Positions 13,763 through 26,400 of a DNA stretch of 57,764 nt are shown piece after piece. This DNA comes from Chara braunii (lineage: Eukaryota; Plantae; Charophyceae). The notes under the pieces were generated by a model. That model was not told the DNA's origin. It saw only the letters and a program-made list of their open reading frames with translations, and made no database searches. Positions within the stretch are counted from its first letter, which is position 1; the number at the start of each line of letters is the position of its first letter. The translations under genes were made by a program, and so were the position numbers. Location: contig BFEA01000028.1 in assembly GCA_003427395.1 (NCBI GenBank), positions 4,672,045-4,729,808 on the forward strand, given 5' to 3'.

Positions 13763-15100
13763 GTGGAATGCACCATGGTCGCTGAACATAAAACCTCCTC
13801 TCAAATCACCAATATGTCTGTCAATGTGCAGGAGCTTCGACTGCAGCAAATGGAAGACGGAAGACTCGGACGGAGAGCGGAAAAAGAAACAGACAAACAG
13901 ATCATCTCATGCCACTATGCAAATCGTCTAATGGATCGTATCAAATTCAAAAACATCTTTAGTAAAATTTTACTTAACTATAACCAGGATGCTGTTCAAA
14001 TCTTAGAAAAATTCACATTCGCATGGACATACAACGATCATATTGCCAAGGCCCTCTATAAGCCTGCTGCAGTATTTCGGAATTTTGAACTTTCGTTATG
14101 GATAAACCAAATGGCAGAAAAATGTTACTGCCAACAACCAAGATATAAGGAGTTTCTAAACACCTTACCTGCAGATATGCTACCTAAAGAAGAACCCTCG
14201 CATGTCACCACACTAGACCTCAACATCTGCAACAATCCTGAACTGCGGAACATAATGAAAAAAAGTCACAATCACATTCCACCGGCTGCTTTAAATAAAG
14301 ATGACGCAACTACTGCTGCAAACCAAGTATGGTCTCAGCTCCTCTTGGCCCTCCTTAATAATGGTCCCCCCCTCGACAGACTACAAGAAGAACTGGCAAA
14401 AGCAGAGTTTGATAAAATAATCAAATACAATCTCGAAAACGTAACAACGCATATGGTAACAAGCATAAACGACCATGCAATCAAAAATGAAATCAACTTC
14501 TTAACCAAGCACTTCTACATATCCGGAGCCGACAAAGCTCTCAATACACCGGTCATCTGCTGCGCAAACATGGTAAGATTCCTTGCACTACAAAGGCTCT
14601 CCAGCCCAGACTTTGAACGATACGCAACAACTGCTACCGAACTACCAGACGGCATGAAACTCCAACTGGCAACTAGATTCCCAGACATCCCCATTGGTAA
14701 AATAGAGATACCTTATCTCTTTGCCACTTACAAAAAGCACAAAAATTCCTTCCGCTGGCTAACAAACGCAGCAGACGTTATTACGACACCTCTGGCTGAT
14801 CTAACTGCTGCTGTCCTTGCTGCACTAATCCGAATGGTTAAAAACCAATGTGGCTTACTCACACAAAAGACACATACTAAAGCTGGGCTCAGAGTTCCCT
14901 TCTGGTGGCCAATAGACTCGACCCCGGACTATACTTACAACCTACCAAACAAGTCTTCTCGGTATTCTCTGCCGATATTACTAGATGCTACGAAACCATC
15001 CCGACGGATGAGAGCCAAGACGGCTTGCCAGCTGCAATCCGTTTCTTTTGCAAACTGGCCTTCAAACAAGCCAGAAAAACATACGGGAGAAATGTACATG
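13763..15100 (+). mobile_element. Penelope-like element reverse transcriptase, frameshifted and 3'-truncated
   Basis: PLE-type motifs CYC...HVTTLDLNICNNPELR, GADKA and PYLFATYKKHKNSFRWL. After a frameshift near 14950 comes motif A (SADITRCYETIP, in the 14905-15180 frame). No QG or YxDD motif follows. Confidence 0.8.
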
Positions 15101-15109
15101 TGCGGACGA

Positions 15110-16720
15110 CCAGGGACATTAGGTGTGAGGTCATTGTCGTTCCACCCGATCTCTTTGCCTCCTGGCCATCGCCGTTTTGACAAGGTGACAATTTTGTTTG
15201 GAGTCATCACGATTATCAACTTGCATTTTGGTAGTGCGATTAGGTGTTGTAGGACAATTTGAGATTTATATGGAATCGAGGTTTGCCAATCCAAACATGA
15301 GCACGGGTAACTGCCTGTGCTCGAACATTACATCGATCCGCCATAGTGACATTCCCCCTTTTCTGATCGCAGACGAGGATGGTCTTTATTGCGATGAAGA
15401 TGTACGAAGGACGTTATTGTGGACGGGTTGGGTTCACTTGTATTACCTGTCTAAGGCATGTCATAGAGGGGGAGCGGGGTATGGTGTGATCGACCAGTTT
15501 GCTTCCCCGTCTTTGATCTTGCCATACACTCATTTGTCGATGCTTCCCTGGTCTGCAGCACACGCCACGTGAAAGCCCCAATTTAATTGTCGTTGGTGCC
15601 GGCTAGGAAACTCGTGTTCCTGACGGAGGTTGGTGCTGGGGTATGAAATGTCCATCGCGTTCCCGACTCTCTCACACAACGCAGGAGATCTTCCAGCAAA
15701 ATTTATGGACCCGGGTACCTTAGCCCCTACCCCCATCGGACGAAGAGAATTCGAGCCGATTGGACAGGCTCTGTGGACCCAACTCAGATGCCTTACGTGT
15801 CCCTTGTCTCCTTGGTCCCCACGAAAAGGGCGGCGTGAGCTTAATGTAGGATAGGCGATTGATTCGTTTCTTTTAGTGGAATTTTTGCAGTCATTCCCTG
15901 AGTAGAGATGGTTTGCATATGTGTTCCCAAGTCTCCGACGAAATTTTTATGAAACACTGCTCCCCCCCCCCCCCTTCCCCACCTTTCTGCTAGCTAATTT
16001 TTGGAATTTTGTGATTGCCCTTGTCGGCCAGTGTTTCCAAGAAGACCTTCTGGTATGAGGTGAGAACCCCTGCTTCGTCCTAGTGGTTCAAACCCCACTC
16101 AAATTCCTCGGCCACGCCCCAATTACTCTGATCGGCGTCCCATGGGTACGGGACGTTGTGCGGGGCGTGAGGTTGTGTATCACAATACCACGCAGGAGAG
16201 CTGCAAGATGACACGTAGCATGCCTTCTGGGAGAACCGACCCTGTCTAACAACAAAGAATGTCACTGTTTCGCACCGCTCCCAGATGGCCCGCCACGTGT
16301 TGGCTTAAGGGGACCCGGTGAGCATTTGGTGTAGAGATACTCCAAAAACGATCGTCCAACCAAATGAGAGGATGAATGTCCTTTGTAGTTTGTGGTGTCA
16401 ACCTTCGAATCTGTACCAAGGCTAAAGCTTGTCGTCAGAGATCTGTAGCCATAATGAGGCGCTTTAGCCATTGGAGCGCCAAAACCTGACATTGTATCAT
16501 GGGATCCAGGATACCAAGGCTTCCTTAAAGTTTGGCTTTGGGTTGAATGGGGTGTTTCATGATCCCCCCTCCATAGAAAGGTTGTGAGTTGTTTATGGAC
16601 CCGTTTTCCAGCAGAGGCGAGAGTATCCCATTCTATGACAGAGGGCTGATCCCTCAACACATGATTCTCAGAGTTAACAGAATACAATTGACGCCACGAG
16701 GGAAGTAGAGGGTAGGCTGA
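15110..16720 (-). mobile_element. Decayed 3' fragment of an L1/Tx1-type LINE ORF2
   Basis: Minus-strand RVHKQLTTFLWRG followed by frameshifted GSLGILDPMIQCQVLALQWLKRLI parallels GAYLWTG...GGLGLLNPVSQFQALQLKWIIKLL of the LINE at about 26.6 kb. Boundaries are approximate. Confidence 0.65.
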
Positions 16721-16881
16721 GGCCGGGTGAAGGAGGGAAACTCCACTGGTGCCCCCCAGTGGCCTTCCACCCTTTACCTGACCTGGCCACAGGCTAGGAA
16801 GGGGGTTATGGTTTTGATATGGGACGCTGGACCCGTTTTCCAGCACAGTGGTGTCTCTTTTAAATGTAAAGATGTATTCAA

Positions 16882-16945
16882 GGGATGCTGGACCCGGTTT
16901 CCAGCAGGTGATGCTCCCCACCAATAGATGGAGTTAAAAAAAAAA
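16882..16945 (+). repeat. Short dispersed double-hairpin repeat followed by an A tract
   Basis: GCTGGACCCGGTTTCCAGCAGGTGATGCTCCCCACCAATAGATGG recurs inverted at about 31044-31093 and 31692-31738. Confidence 0.7.
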
Positions 16946-17175
16946 NNNNNNNNNNNNNNNNNNNNNNNNNNNNNNNNNNNNNNNNNNNNNNNNNNNNNNN
17001 NNNNNNNNNNNNNNNNNNNNNNNNNNNNNNNNNNNNNNNNNNNNNNNNNNNNNNNNNNNNNNNNNNNNNNNNNNNNNNNNNNNNNNNNNNNNNNNNNNNN
17101 NNNNNNNNNNNNNNNNNNNNNNNNNNNNNNNNNNNNNNNNNNNNNNNNNNNNNNNNNNNNNNNNNNNNNNNNNNN

Positions 17176-17260
17176 CTATGTGGCACCGTTTTCGCGTTCG
17201 GAGGCCAACGCGAACATGTTCGCCCGAACGCGAACAAGCGCCCAAAACCCTTCGAACGCG

Positions 17261-17293
<33 letters not shown>

Positions 17294-17519
17294 CATTCTC
17301 AAAAAAATCTGAAAAAATATATATGTTATGTAAAATAATAATACAAAGAACGTTTGGCGGGGAGGTATGTTCAAATTCGTAACCAAACTCAAGTTAAAAA
17401 TCAAAAACCTAAAAAAATAAAATAAAATAAAATCATTAAAAAATATATGTTCGACCGAACATGTTCGGGAGGCGGTCGGCCGAACACCCGAATATGTTCG
17501 GGCATACTGAAAAGCCCTG
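17176..17519. mobile_element. Probable end of a non-autonomous hAT-like DNA transposon
   Basis: Dense CGAACA/TGTTCG motifs including the palindrome CGAACATGTTCG. The segment ends in CCCTG (CAGGG on the minus strand). The other end is presumably in or beyond the N gap. Confidence 0.5.
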
Positions 17520-17589
17520 AACATGTTCGGTGTGCTACACAGCTTTGGGCCTCTCAGGGGGATGGTCCCCTTTGGAATGAATCCACCAT

Positions 17590-17860
17590 GCTTGCGTTTG
17601 TTACCCCAATTAGCCACCTTATCTGACACTAGCAAGAATTTATCCATTAAAGCCTCTATCTCCTCCATATTACATGTAGAGGTCTCCGTCATAGTGGTTA
17701 AGTCATCTACGAACATTGACCAAACTGGGATAGCCTCCTCAGGAATGCTTGATCTGACGACGTTTGAGGTTTGGCTAGATCTTAGCTTTGCCCCTAGTGC
17801 TTCCATAATAATTAGAAAGAGAAAAGGAGCTAATGAATCCCCTTGTCTTACCGATTTTTG
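17590..17860 (-). mobile_element. LINE reverse transcriptase fragment
   Basis: Minus-strand KSVRQGDSLAPFLFLIIMEAL...MFVDDLT corresponds to RT motifs B and C of L1-type elements. Confidence 0.85.
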
Positions 17861-19516
17861 AAGACGAATCTCAGGGGAGAGTAGGTTCTTGTAAAATGGG
17901 GATCAATGAAACCTATATCAGGACAAAATGAACTAAAACAAAATGAAATCGTATTGACACCAACAGAGAATGTAGCCATAAAAAAACAAAGCAAACTGAA
18001 TAAAATCGAGCTGGGAATAGACAAAATACTCACATTTGTCAGGAACTCACCCACCTAGCATTACACCACCAAATCCCCAATCCATAGCCTGTTGTGCAGT
18101 AATTGTACCAATATTTACAAGTCGTTGTTTCCAAATACGATTGTTTTACATTTCTTCTACTTCGACTAAGCGAGAAGCAAATTGCTGTGAAAATTGAAAA
18201 AGATATTCACTTAAACCACCAGTACACCGAAAAAATTGCGCTCGCGCCTTCGGTAAGCGCTGAAAATTGCGCTATTTTGCACTAGCGACGCTCGGCCCCC
18301 CACCCCCGCGCGGGCGCCAATTCCAACCTTTCGAATTCAAACGTCGGGCTCTCGTCGCGGCCGAGTTTCACGCCAACCCCGATTTCGGAAAGCGACACAC
18401 AAGTCGACGCATCCAATCAAGCACTCCAGCCATAGCCGGACTTTCCTACAAAGACACCCACACGCGCGCACGCCAGTCGCCCGCGTCTAGGTCATCATGG
18501 CAAGACGGGTGCAATGAGGATAAACGCCACAAGGATCTTTCCAATACCTAGCTACGGTCTGGGCCAAGGGGAGGAGAAGACTCGGTGAGCAAAGGGTGCT
18601 TCACCCCAGGCCAGGGAACGACAGCATTAGATACAAAGAGGATCCAGTCAAGCGAGCAATCAAGTGGTAATCGAGCAGCAGTGTCCTTTTCAGAGAATGC
18701 CTTCTGCGCGACATCTCAAGAGCAGACCGCATGAGGAAGAAAAATGCTATTTTGAGGAAATCTCTCGTCACAGAACAACACGACAACGAAGTGATAACTA
18801 AGCGACAGCGATCCGGCAGCGAAGCAACACAAAGTGAGAGCTAACCGAAACTGAAAATCTCATCTCTCCCTCATCTCGCCTCTCCCCTCTCTCTCTCACC
18901 CCCTGTCTTTTCCACCGTATAGAACGGACGCTCCTCCAACTTCTCACTGATTTCTCACTGAAGAATTCTCCCCCTGACCCTAGCGCTGGCAAATTAGACT
19001 CCGCCCATACTCACCCTCCTTTTTCTCCCCACCCTCCAGATAAGTCCCTCCCGGCCCCTTCTCGGCCTCCAGGCGTCCAGACTCACCTTTCCCCCCCCCA
19101 CCCCCAACTCTTGCTCCCAATCCACCATCTTTTAGGATTTCCCCTAAACCCGTTTACCCCGATCCCTTCATTAGATCTCTAACCCCCCACACTCTCCCGA
19201 TCCCGGATCAAGCTGTCTCGTTCAACCCAAACCTCTGTTCGTCGATCCTCTGCACCCATATACAACGCTACTCCCCCCTACTCCCAACCCTTATTCCCAA
19301 TCTATCACCATATCTAGCCCCACCCAACTCTGCCCGCCATTTCATCGGATCTTCGGCCCCCCGCACCCTCCCCCCTATCCTGGCTTAAACCCGACTCGTC
19401 CAACCAACCCACCCCCGACTTTCTCACGCCCTACCGCTTTTTTCATTTACTCTCTCTCCTCGCGTCCCTTTTCATCATACACTGATTATCTAGTATAACG
19501 CAGTCCCCCCTCTTCC

Positions 19517-19568
<52 letters not shown>

Positions 19569-21059
19569 CACTCTAAATCCCACATCTTCTCTGACCCCGT
19601 TTATCCTGGACACCTTGTCAGACTCCCATTCCCTATACTCCCTCCCATCCCGACATAATTTCACTTCCTCAACCCTTCCCCCCTGGCACCCTCGCACCCT
19701 TTTTTCGCTCCTCAAGTACACCGACGTCTACCGACCACCCAGATCCCCCCACCGTCCTGCTCATACCGGCATTGCGATCCAGCACTTTCCCCCTTTGTTG
19801 TTCCTCAAGAGTACCGATGACTACTGACCACCCAGATCTTGCCACCCTCCTCGCCGTACCTGCATTGCGTAGTTTTATTTATTTATGTATTTATTATTTA
19901 TTATTATTGCTATTATAATTTTTCACCACTAAGTCGATTCTCTACCCGAGTCCAAAGCCCCTCCCTAATCACATTAACATTATTCTTATTGAGACTATCC
20001 CATCATTATCATTACCACTATTAGTCGACGATAATTATGGGCTCTCCTCTCCACCTCGCCTCCAAACCCTCATCCGCTCCGAACCCACAACTCGACGAGT
20101 CTGCAGCAGTACACGGTCCGTGTCAGCCAGTTCACACCCGGCCCTAGTACATGTCGTCAAACCGCCCCAATCCCTCTCACTTCCAACCTCTGCTCCATTT
20201 CGACACCACACCCCTACCACACTCCCACCATTGAGCATCTCCCTCTCTCCCTGCTAAGGTTCTCCTCACAGCTGATTACCCCTCATTCCTCCACAACCCC
20301 CCCCCCCCCCCCCCCCCCCACCTGCTCACCNNNNNNNNNNNNNNNNNNNNNNNNNNNNNNNNNNNNNNNNNNNNNNNNNNNNNNNNNNNNNNNNNNNNNN
20401 NNNNNNNNNNNNNNNNNNNNNNNNNNNNNNNNNNNNNNNNNNNNNNNNNNNNNNNNNNNNNNNNNNNNNNNNNNNNNNNNNNNNNNNNNNNNNNNNNNNN
20501 NNNNNNNNNNNNNNNNNNNNNNTTTTTTTTATTTTTTATTTTCCTGCCGTCCAAGTCCGACTGGGCAAAGCGCTGACGAAGCTACGAAGAGTGATCGCCA
20601 CCAACATTCTAACATTAAGAAATTATTAACTATTATGATCAATACGCATTAACGCTATTATTTCTTTAAAAATTCATTTTCACTTTTTTATCATTGCTTT
20701 TATTATTGCTATCTCCACTTCGACTTCTTTATTAAGAATTATTTCATTGCACTACTCACTCTTATTATCAATATTTGCTTACAATCATCATTACCACCAT
20801 TAGCCTACAATCAACACTTGCTCTTCTCTTCACTGCCTCCCCAACCCCTCGTCCGCTCCGTTTGGACCCACAATCCGACGCTTCAGCATCACCCACCGGC
20901 CTGCGCCACCAGTGCACAACCCATCCGAGCACGTGACGTCCCCGCTCCTTTCTACAATACCAGATCAGAGACCCGCCTCAAGATGGAGGGTATGGGAATT
21001 GAAACGCAAAATTTGCTCGCAGAACAATAAGGACACCGCTTATCAAAACAACTAAGCTC

Positions 21060-23427
21060 ATGGACCAAGGAGGTAACAACAAAGAGGAAGTTGTAATCTA
21101 CGAATGTCCCAAAGAACTCACATCCAAGCAGGAAGAGCTTCACAAAAAACACGCAGTCCTATTCACATTCGTGAAGAAGAGTCAGGACCTTGACAGACAA
21201 GCAAAATTGAAGTGGATATGGGAAAAACTGAAGAGCCTGGAACCAATCCAGGGGACTGATCCCAAGGTCTCATTCCACCCAAGGTCAAGGAACGTAATCA
21301 TGGTGCTATGCAGGGAAGAGGCCCTCGCGTCATTCCTAAAGAGCAAATGTTTCACTTGCAATTCATTGGTCGTCACAGTCCACCCCTCGAAACAGGCCAC
21401 AAGCTACCAACAAACGCCATTCAGATACAGACAAGACCTGCTCAAAAAGCACTTTTGGATTCAATTCGACAATGTTCCGGAAGGAATGCACGGCAGTGTC
21501 AAAGAAAGAGTGAGGATGGAATACGGGCATTTCCAAGAACCTCACTGGATTGTCGCGACCCCAGATTTTCTTACCCCTCACCACAACCAAATGACGGTGG
21601 TGCTTGACATCGGGAACAGTCCTACGCCGTACACCCCCGAGGAGTGGTTCTTCTCACACGAAAGCAAAGTCATCAGGATCACCGTGTCCAGCAAGGCCAA
21701 TCCTTTGTGCTTTAAATGCAGACAGAGAGGGCATCTAGGGACAGATGCCAACTGCCCCAAAGTACGGGAAAACGCAAAGCCCAAGCTCCTCAAAACAGCC
21801 AACTTGCAGGAAATTACGGACAAAAGGGGATATTGGTACGTCCCGGACACTCAATACGCAGGTTGGGTGTTCAACGATAACCTGGATACTCCAGATTGGG
21901 TCTGGACCTTGGACAGCAAACCAACACCCAGACCTGAAGTATATCCACCGTTTGACAGCAGATGGCAAGCCATGAAAATGGAAAGGAAATCCCCCAAATG
22001 TTTTACCAGGGACCCCACTATAAATGTGGAGAGTCTAAAGCAGGAAATTTGGGAGAGAGACCTGCGCGCGGACCTGCAATCGGTACAAGAAATCAGGGAA
22101 AAGAAATGGGTGGAAGTGGTCAGACAAAATCAGGACGCAGAAAAGGGCAAAGGGGGACGGCAGAAACAAAAGACTTACACCAGAAGAATGCAAAAGGGGC
22201 AAACAAAAACAGATCAAGGTCAGGGAACAGACATAGCAGAGGCTGAGCAGTCCCTCCCACCTGCGGGAGGTTCAGCGGTTCAAAACCCTGCAGTGGGGGG
22301 GGAAAGGAAACATCTTGAGGGAGCTTTTGACAGGGAAGTCACGGAAAAAGAACAAGAACAGGATGAGACTGTGTACTATCCGTGGTCGGGTCGCCAGGAG
22401 AGTGAGCTGTTAAAATTCATTCAGAGATTTGAGAAGGAAAGACGGGATAAATTTGACCTGCAGCTGATTTTGCACAAGGAAGAACAAAAATACAGACATA
22501 CATCGGTTGCCTCAAACCCCTCCCAATCAATTCCACTCTTGGATAATCCATTCACCCCTCTAGAGAGGGAATAAGAGCTGGCCGCCTTCCTTGCATAAAA
22601 TACAATGGAACGAAGGAGAACCCGGAAATGGAAATAGACGAAGGGAATGTAGGCAGCGGGAAGCAGAATCTGCACTCCAAGAGCACAAAGTTGTCGAACT
22701 TCAAGCCTGCAGTCGCCTCAGGGGGACAGAAGGAACAACGGGGGCAGACATATTCCAGCAAAGAAAATGACACCTCAGCACTGTTGGGCATCCAAGCAGA
22801 GTCTCTCTTCGCACAATGCGAAAGACTCACTGATCTGAACAAGGAAATGTCCCTGCGTACAGTTACAATACAGGACTTGCACCTCAAAGCACATGAGGGG
22901 TTCTGGGAAAGAGCGAAAAAGGAAGCAAGCATGCTCCTACCCGCTCGAGCAGTAATCCCCATTCAATTTGACCCAGCGGGGGAAGAATGGAACGTGGCAG
23001 TTTGCAACGATCTTTCAGTACCTAGGCTGCAAATGGGGCAAAAGCAAAGGGATGTCCTGAATAAGCTCAGCAAGGGAAAGGAACCAAGGTTTTTAGGACT
23101 GGCAGGCAAGTCTCCAGATAAAGAGGAAAGCAGCAAAATAGAAATATCCGAGGAAACGAAAGGGAAGGACCGCAGTCTGTACGATGCAAGACCACTCCTG
23201 GTCCGTTTTGATCAGGAAACATAACTCGCTGAAGGCATACAATGGAGGCCCTGGTGGTGGATGGCTGCACTATCCATCACGGCCTTAGGAAATGAAACAA
23301 CCATGACACACAATGCAGCAACACTAGCAACTCTAGTAGAGGCTAGAGTCCTAACAATGGAGGAGGGGGAACTGCTGTCCCACCTCACTCCATTGGAAGA
23401 CGATTCGGAAAGCAGTTCGTTCATCTA
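21060..23427 (+). pseudogene. LINE ORF1 (Gag-like, zinc knuckle), frameshifted
   Basis: 504-aa ORF with CFKCRQRGHLGTDANC knuckle, continuing through frameshifts (22628-23224 and beyond) to a stop just before ORF2. Confidence 0.8.
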
Positions 23428-23471
23428 AAATCCCTCAAACAAACCAAACTATGTACCTCATCCCTTGAACA

Positions 23472-26400
23472 ATGAAAACCAGAAGGGGGGATTTAATAAT
23501 CCAATCGTGGAACGTCAGAGGACTGGCAACAATCCTTTCCAATCCAGAAAAATGGCACTGCCTTCTTAGTACGACAGGTTGGAACAGTCCTAGCCCCCCA
23601 GACTTACTGTGTATTCAAGAGACGCATCTAACCAACTCATAGGCGCATAAAGCAATAGAAAATGAGTTCCTCAGAAGACTAGGAAACTCCGCAGCCACGG
23701 TAACAGCGTATAGCCCCCAACCTTCTTCAACAGGAGTTCTAATACTCACGCACAGTAACACGGAATCCTCACACCTCCTACGGATCAACTCCACTTCAGC
23801 GGACCAAACGAAGGGAAGATGGGTCAAATTAGAGATAACATATAGGAGGGAGGATCTCTCAATTATAAATATCTATGCCCCCAATTCTTCAGCGGAGAGA
23901 ATAGAATTTTTTGAAGAAGTCAAGGACCTCTACCAACAACAGATGCACACAATATTAGTAGGGGATTGGAATACAGTACAAAATCCGCAGCTAGACAGAA
24001 TATCTTGGGCAGAAAAAACCTCCCAAGGCCCAGCGGCAACAGCTGTAGCACAACTTTCAATAGAAAATAATCTCATACATCCTTATAGGATGCTCAACCC
24101 GTATAAAAAGGGCTATACTTGTATCAGAAAAACAACCCAAGGTAGAACATCCTTCTCGAGAATCGACTTCTTTCTCATTTCACAGTCACTAGAAGGGGCA
24201 GTTATAAATAGTCCGATAGGAAGGCTACCATACTATGCAGGGTTCGACCACAACCCAATAGCCATTAATTTAGCACTTACCCTAGATAACTCCCCAGGGA
24301 AGAACTTTTTCAAACTGAACACATCACTCCTCAATATGGCCACATTCAAGCAGGGCATTCAAAGTACGTGGAATGAAATAAAAGAAAATTCCAGGGAAGG
24401 GCAAATCCTGAATGACCTACCGGCAGCGATCCGAAGCTGAAGGGACTGGGCAAGTCTCTTCTCGAGGAAGGAGGCCAGAAGGAGGAAAGCAAGGCAAGAA
24501 AGCCTTGAAGCAATGGTTGAACTTGCAAAATTCAACCTCATTGCCAACCCAGGAGAACCACTATATGAGCAACATTTAGAGGAAGCCAGAGCAGAACTCA
24601 GGCAATGGGCAGAGTGGAAAAGGCAAGGTCTGGCCATCAGGGCAAGGGTAAGGGATTGGCAAAGCAATGAAGCTATGACGAAATATTTTTTTCAGAGGAT
24701 CAAGGCAAATCACAGGAACAGTAGGATCCATAGTTTCAGGGATACACAAGACAACGTGCAGTCTACACAAGAAGGAATGTTAAAAGTGGCCGCAGATTTC
24801 TATCAAAGTCTTTAGACATCCAAAATCAGTCCGGAAGAAAGCAATAACACACAGAAAGCTAGAGAAAAATTAATGAAGCACCTGGACAAAAGTCTCAAAC
24901 AAGAAGCCATAGTCTACTTGGACAAAGAAATCACCAAGGGTGAACTTTATGAAGCCCTCAAGAGCATGAAACCGCACAAAAACCCCGGTTTAGACGGTGG
25001 CAGGCCAATTGGCACCTAATGGGAGATACAATCACATCATTCTTCCTAGAAGCCTTTGACAAGGGATCTCTCGGGGAAGAGGTCAGCACGTGGGTAGTCA
25101 CCCTTCTATATAAAAAAGGAGAAAGAGCAGACATAAGAAACTATAGGCCTATAACCCTCCTACTGGTAGTATACAAAATATTGGCCAAAACCCTAGCCAA
25201 TAGAATAAGGAATGTCACGGACAAATGCTTCCATCTAGACCAAACAGGTTTCATTCCGGGAAGATACATCCTGGACAATGTGGTGTGCCTAAACGANTGA
25301 AGCACCTGGACAAAAGTCTCAAACAAGAAGCCATAGTCTACTTGGACAAAGAAATCACCAAGGGTGAACTTTATGAAGCCCTCAAGAGCATGCAACCGCA
25401 CAAAACCCCCGGTTTAGACGGTCTGCCAAAGGAATTTTGGCAGGCCAACTGACACCTAATGGGAGACACAATCACATCATTCTTCCTAGAAGCCTTTGAC
25501 AAGGGATCTCTCGGGGAAGAGGTCAGCACGGGGGTAGTCACCCTCCTATATAAAAAAGGAGAAAGAGCAGACATAAGGAATTACAGGCCTATAACCCTCC
25601 TACCGGTAGTATACAAAATATTGGCCAAAACCTTAGCCAACAGAATAAGGAATGTCACGGACAAATGCTTCCATCTAGACCAAACAGGTTTCATTTCGGG
25701 AAGATACATCCTGGACAATGTGGTCTGCCTAAACAAAGCCACTAAAATCATAAAAGACAAAAAAATACAAGCCGCCATACTGCTCTTCGATTTTGAAAAA
25801 GCTTACGATCAGGTCAACTGGGACTTCTTGCAGCTAAGCATGGAAAAAATGGGGGTAGGACCAAACTTCAGAAAATGGATAAAGGTGCTATATGGCGACG
25901 CCCAAGGGATGGTACAAGTCAACGGTCATCTCTCAGAAAAATACAAAATGACAAGATCCGTTAGACAAGGGGACCCGTTGGCAGCCCCGATCTTCCTCTT
26001 CGTGATGGAAGCAATAGCTGCCTTTCTCCGCAAGGACCCATCTATAGAAAGACTCTCGGCAGAGCATGATGGAAGACCTCTAACTATTCCCACAGTAATT
26101 CTATTCGCAGATGACCTGACCGTTCTTATCAGGGCAACGAATTCGTCCTTTCTCGCACTCACAAAAGCAATGCAGGCATTCCAGCTAGCCTCGGAAATGA
26201 AGATAAACTGGAATAAAACAGTAGGCTGGTGGTTATCCTCTTCCGACCCCCCACAACAAACCCAAGAGACCCGGGGGTTACAATGGCTGGATGCTCAACA
26301 ACCTGTGCGCTTCTTGGGCATCCAAGTATCAGAGGACGGAGTCAGCGAGGCCTCAGGCACCAGTCTCCTCGTCAAGATGGCCAATAAACTGACGGGTTGG

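Noticed and set aside
16878-17338. ORFs spanning N gaps
   Set aside because: Artefacts of translating Ns and homopolymer runs.
20573-20600. CTGACGA...CGAA hammerhead-like core
   Set aside because: No GAAA and no supporting stems.
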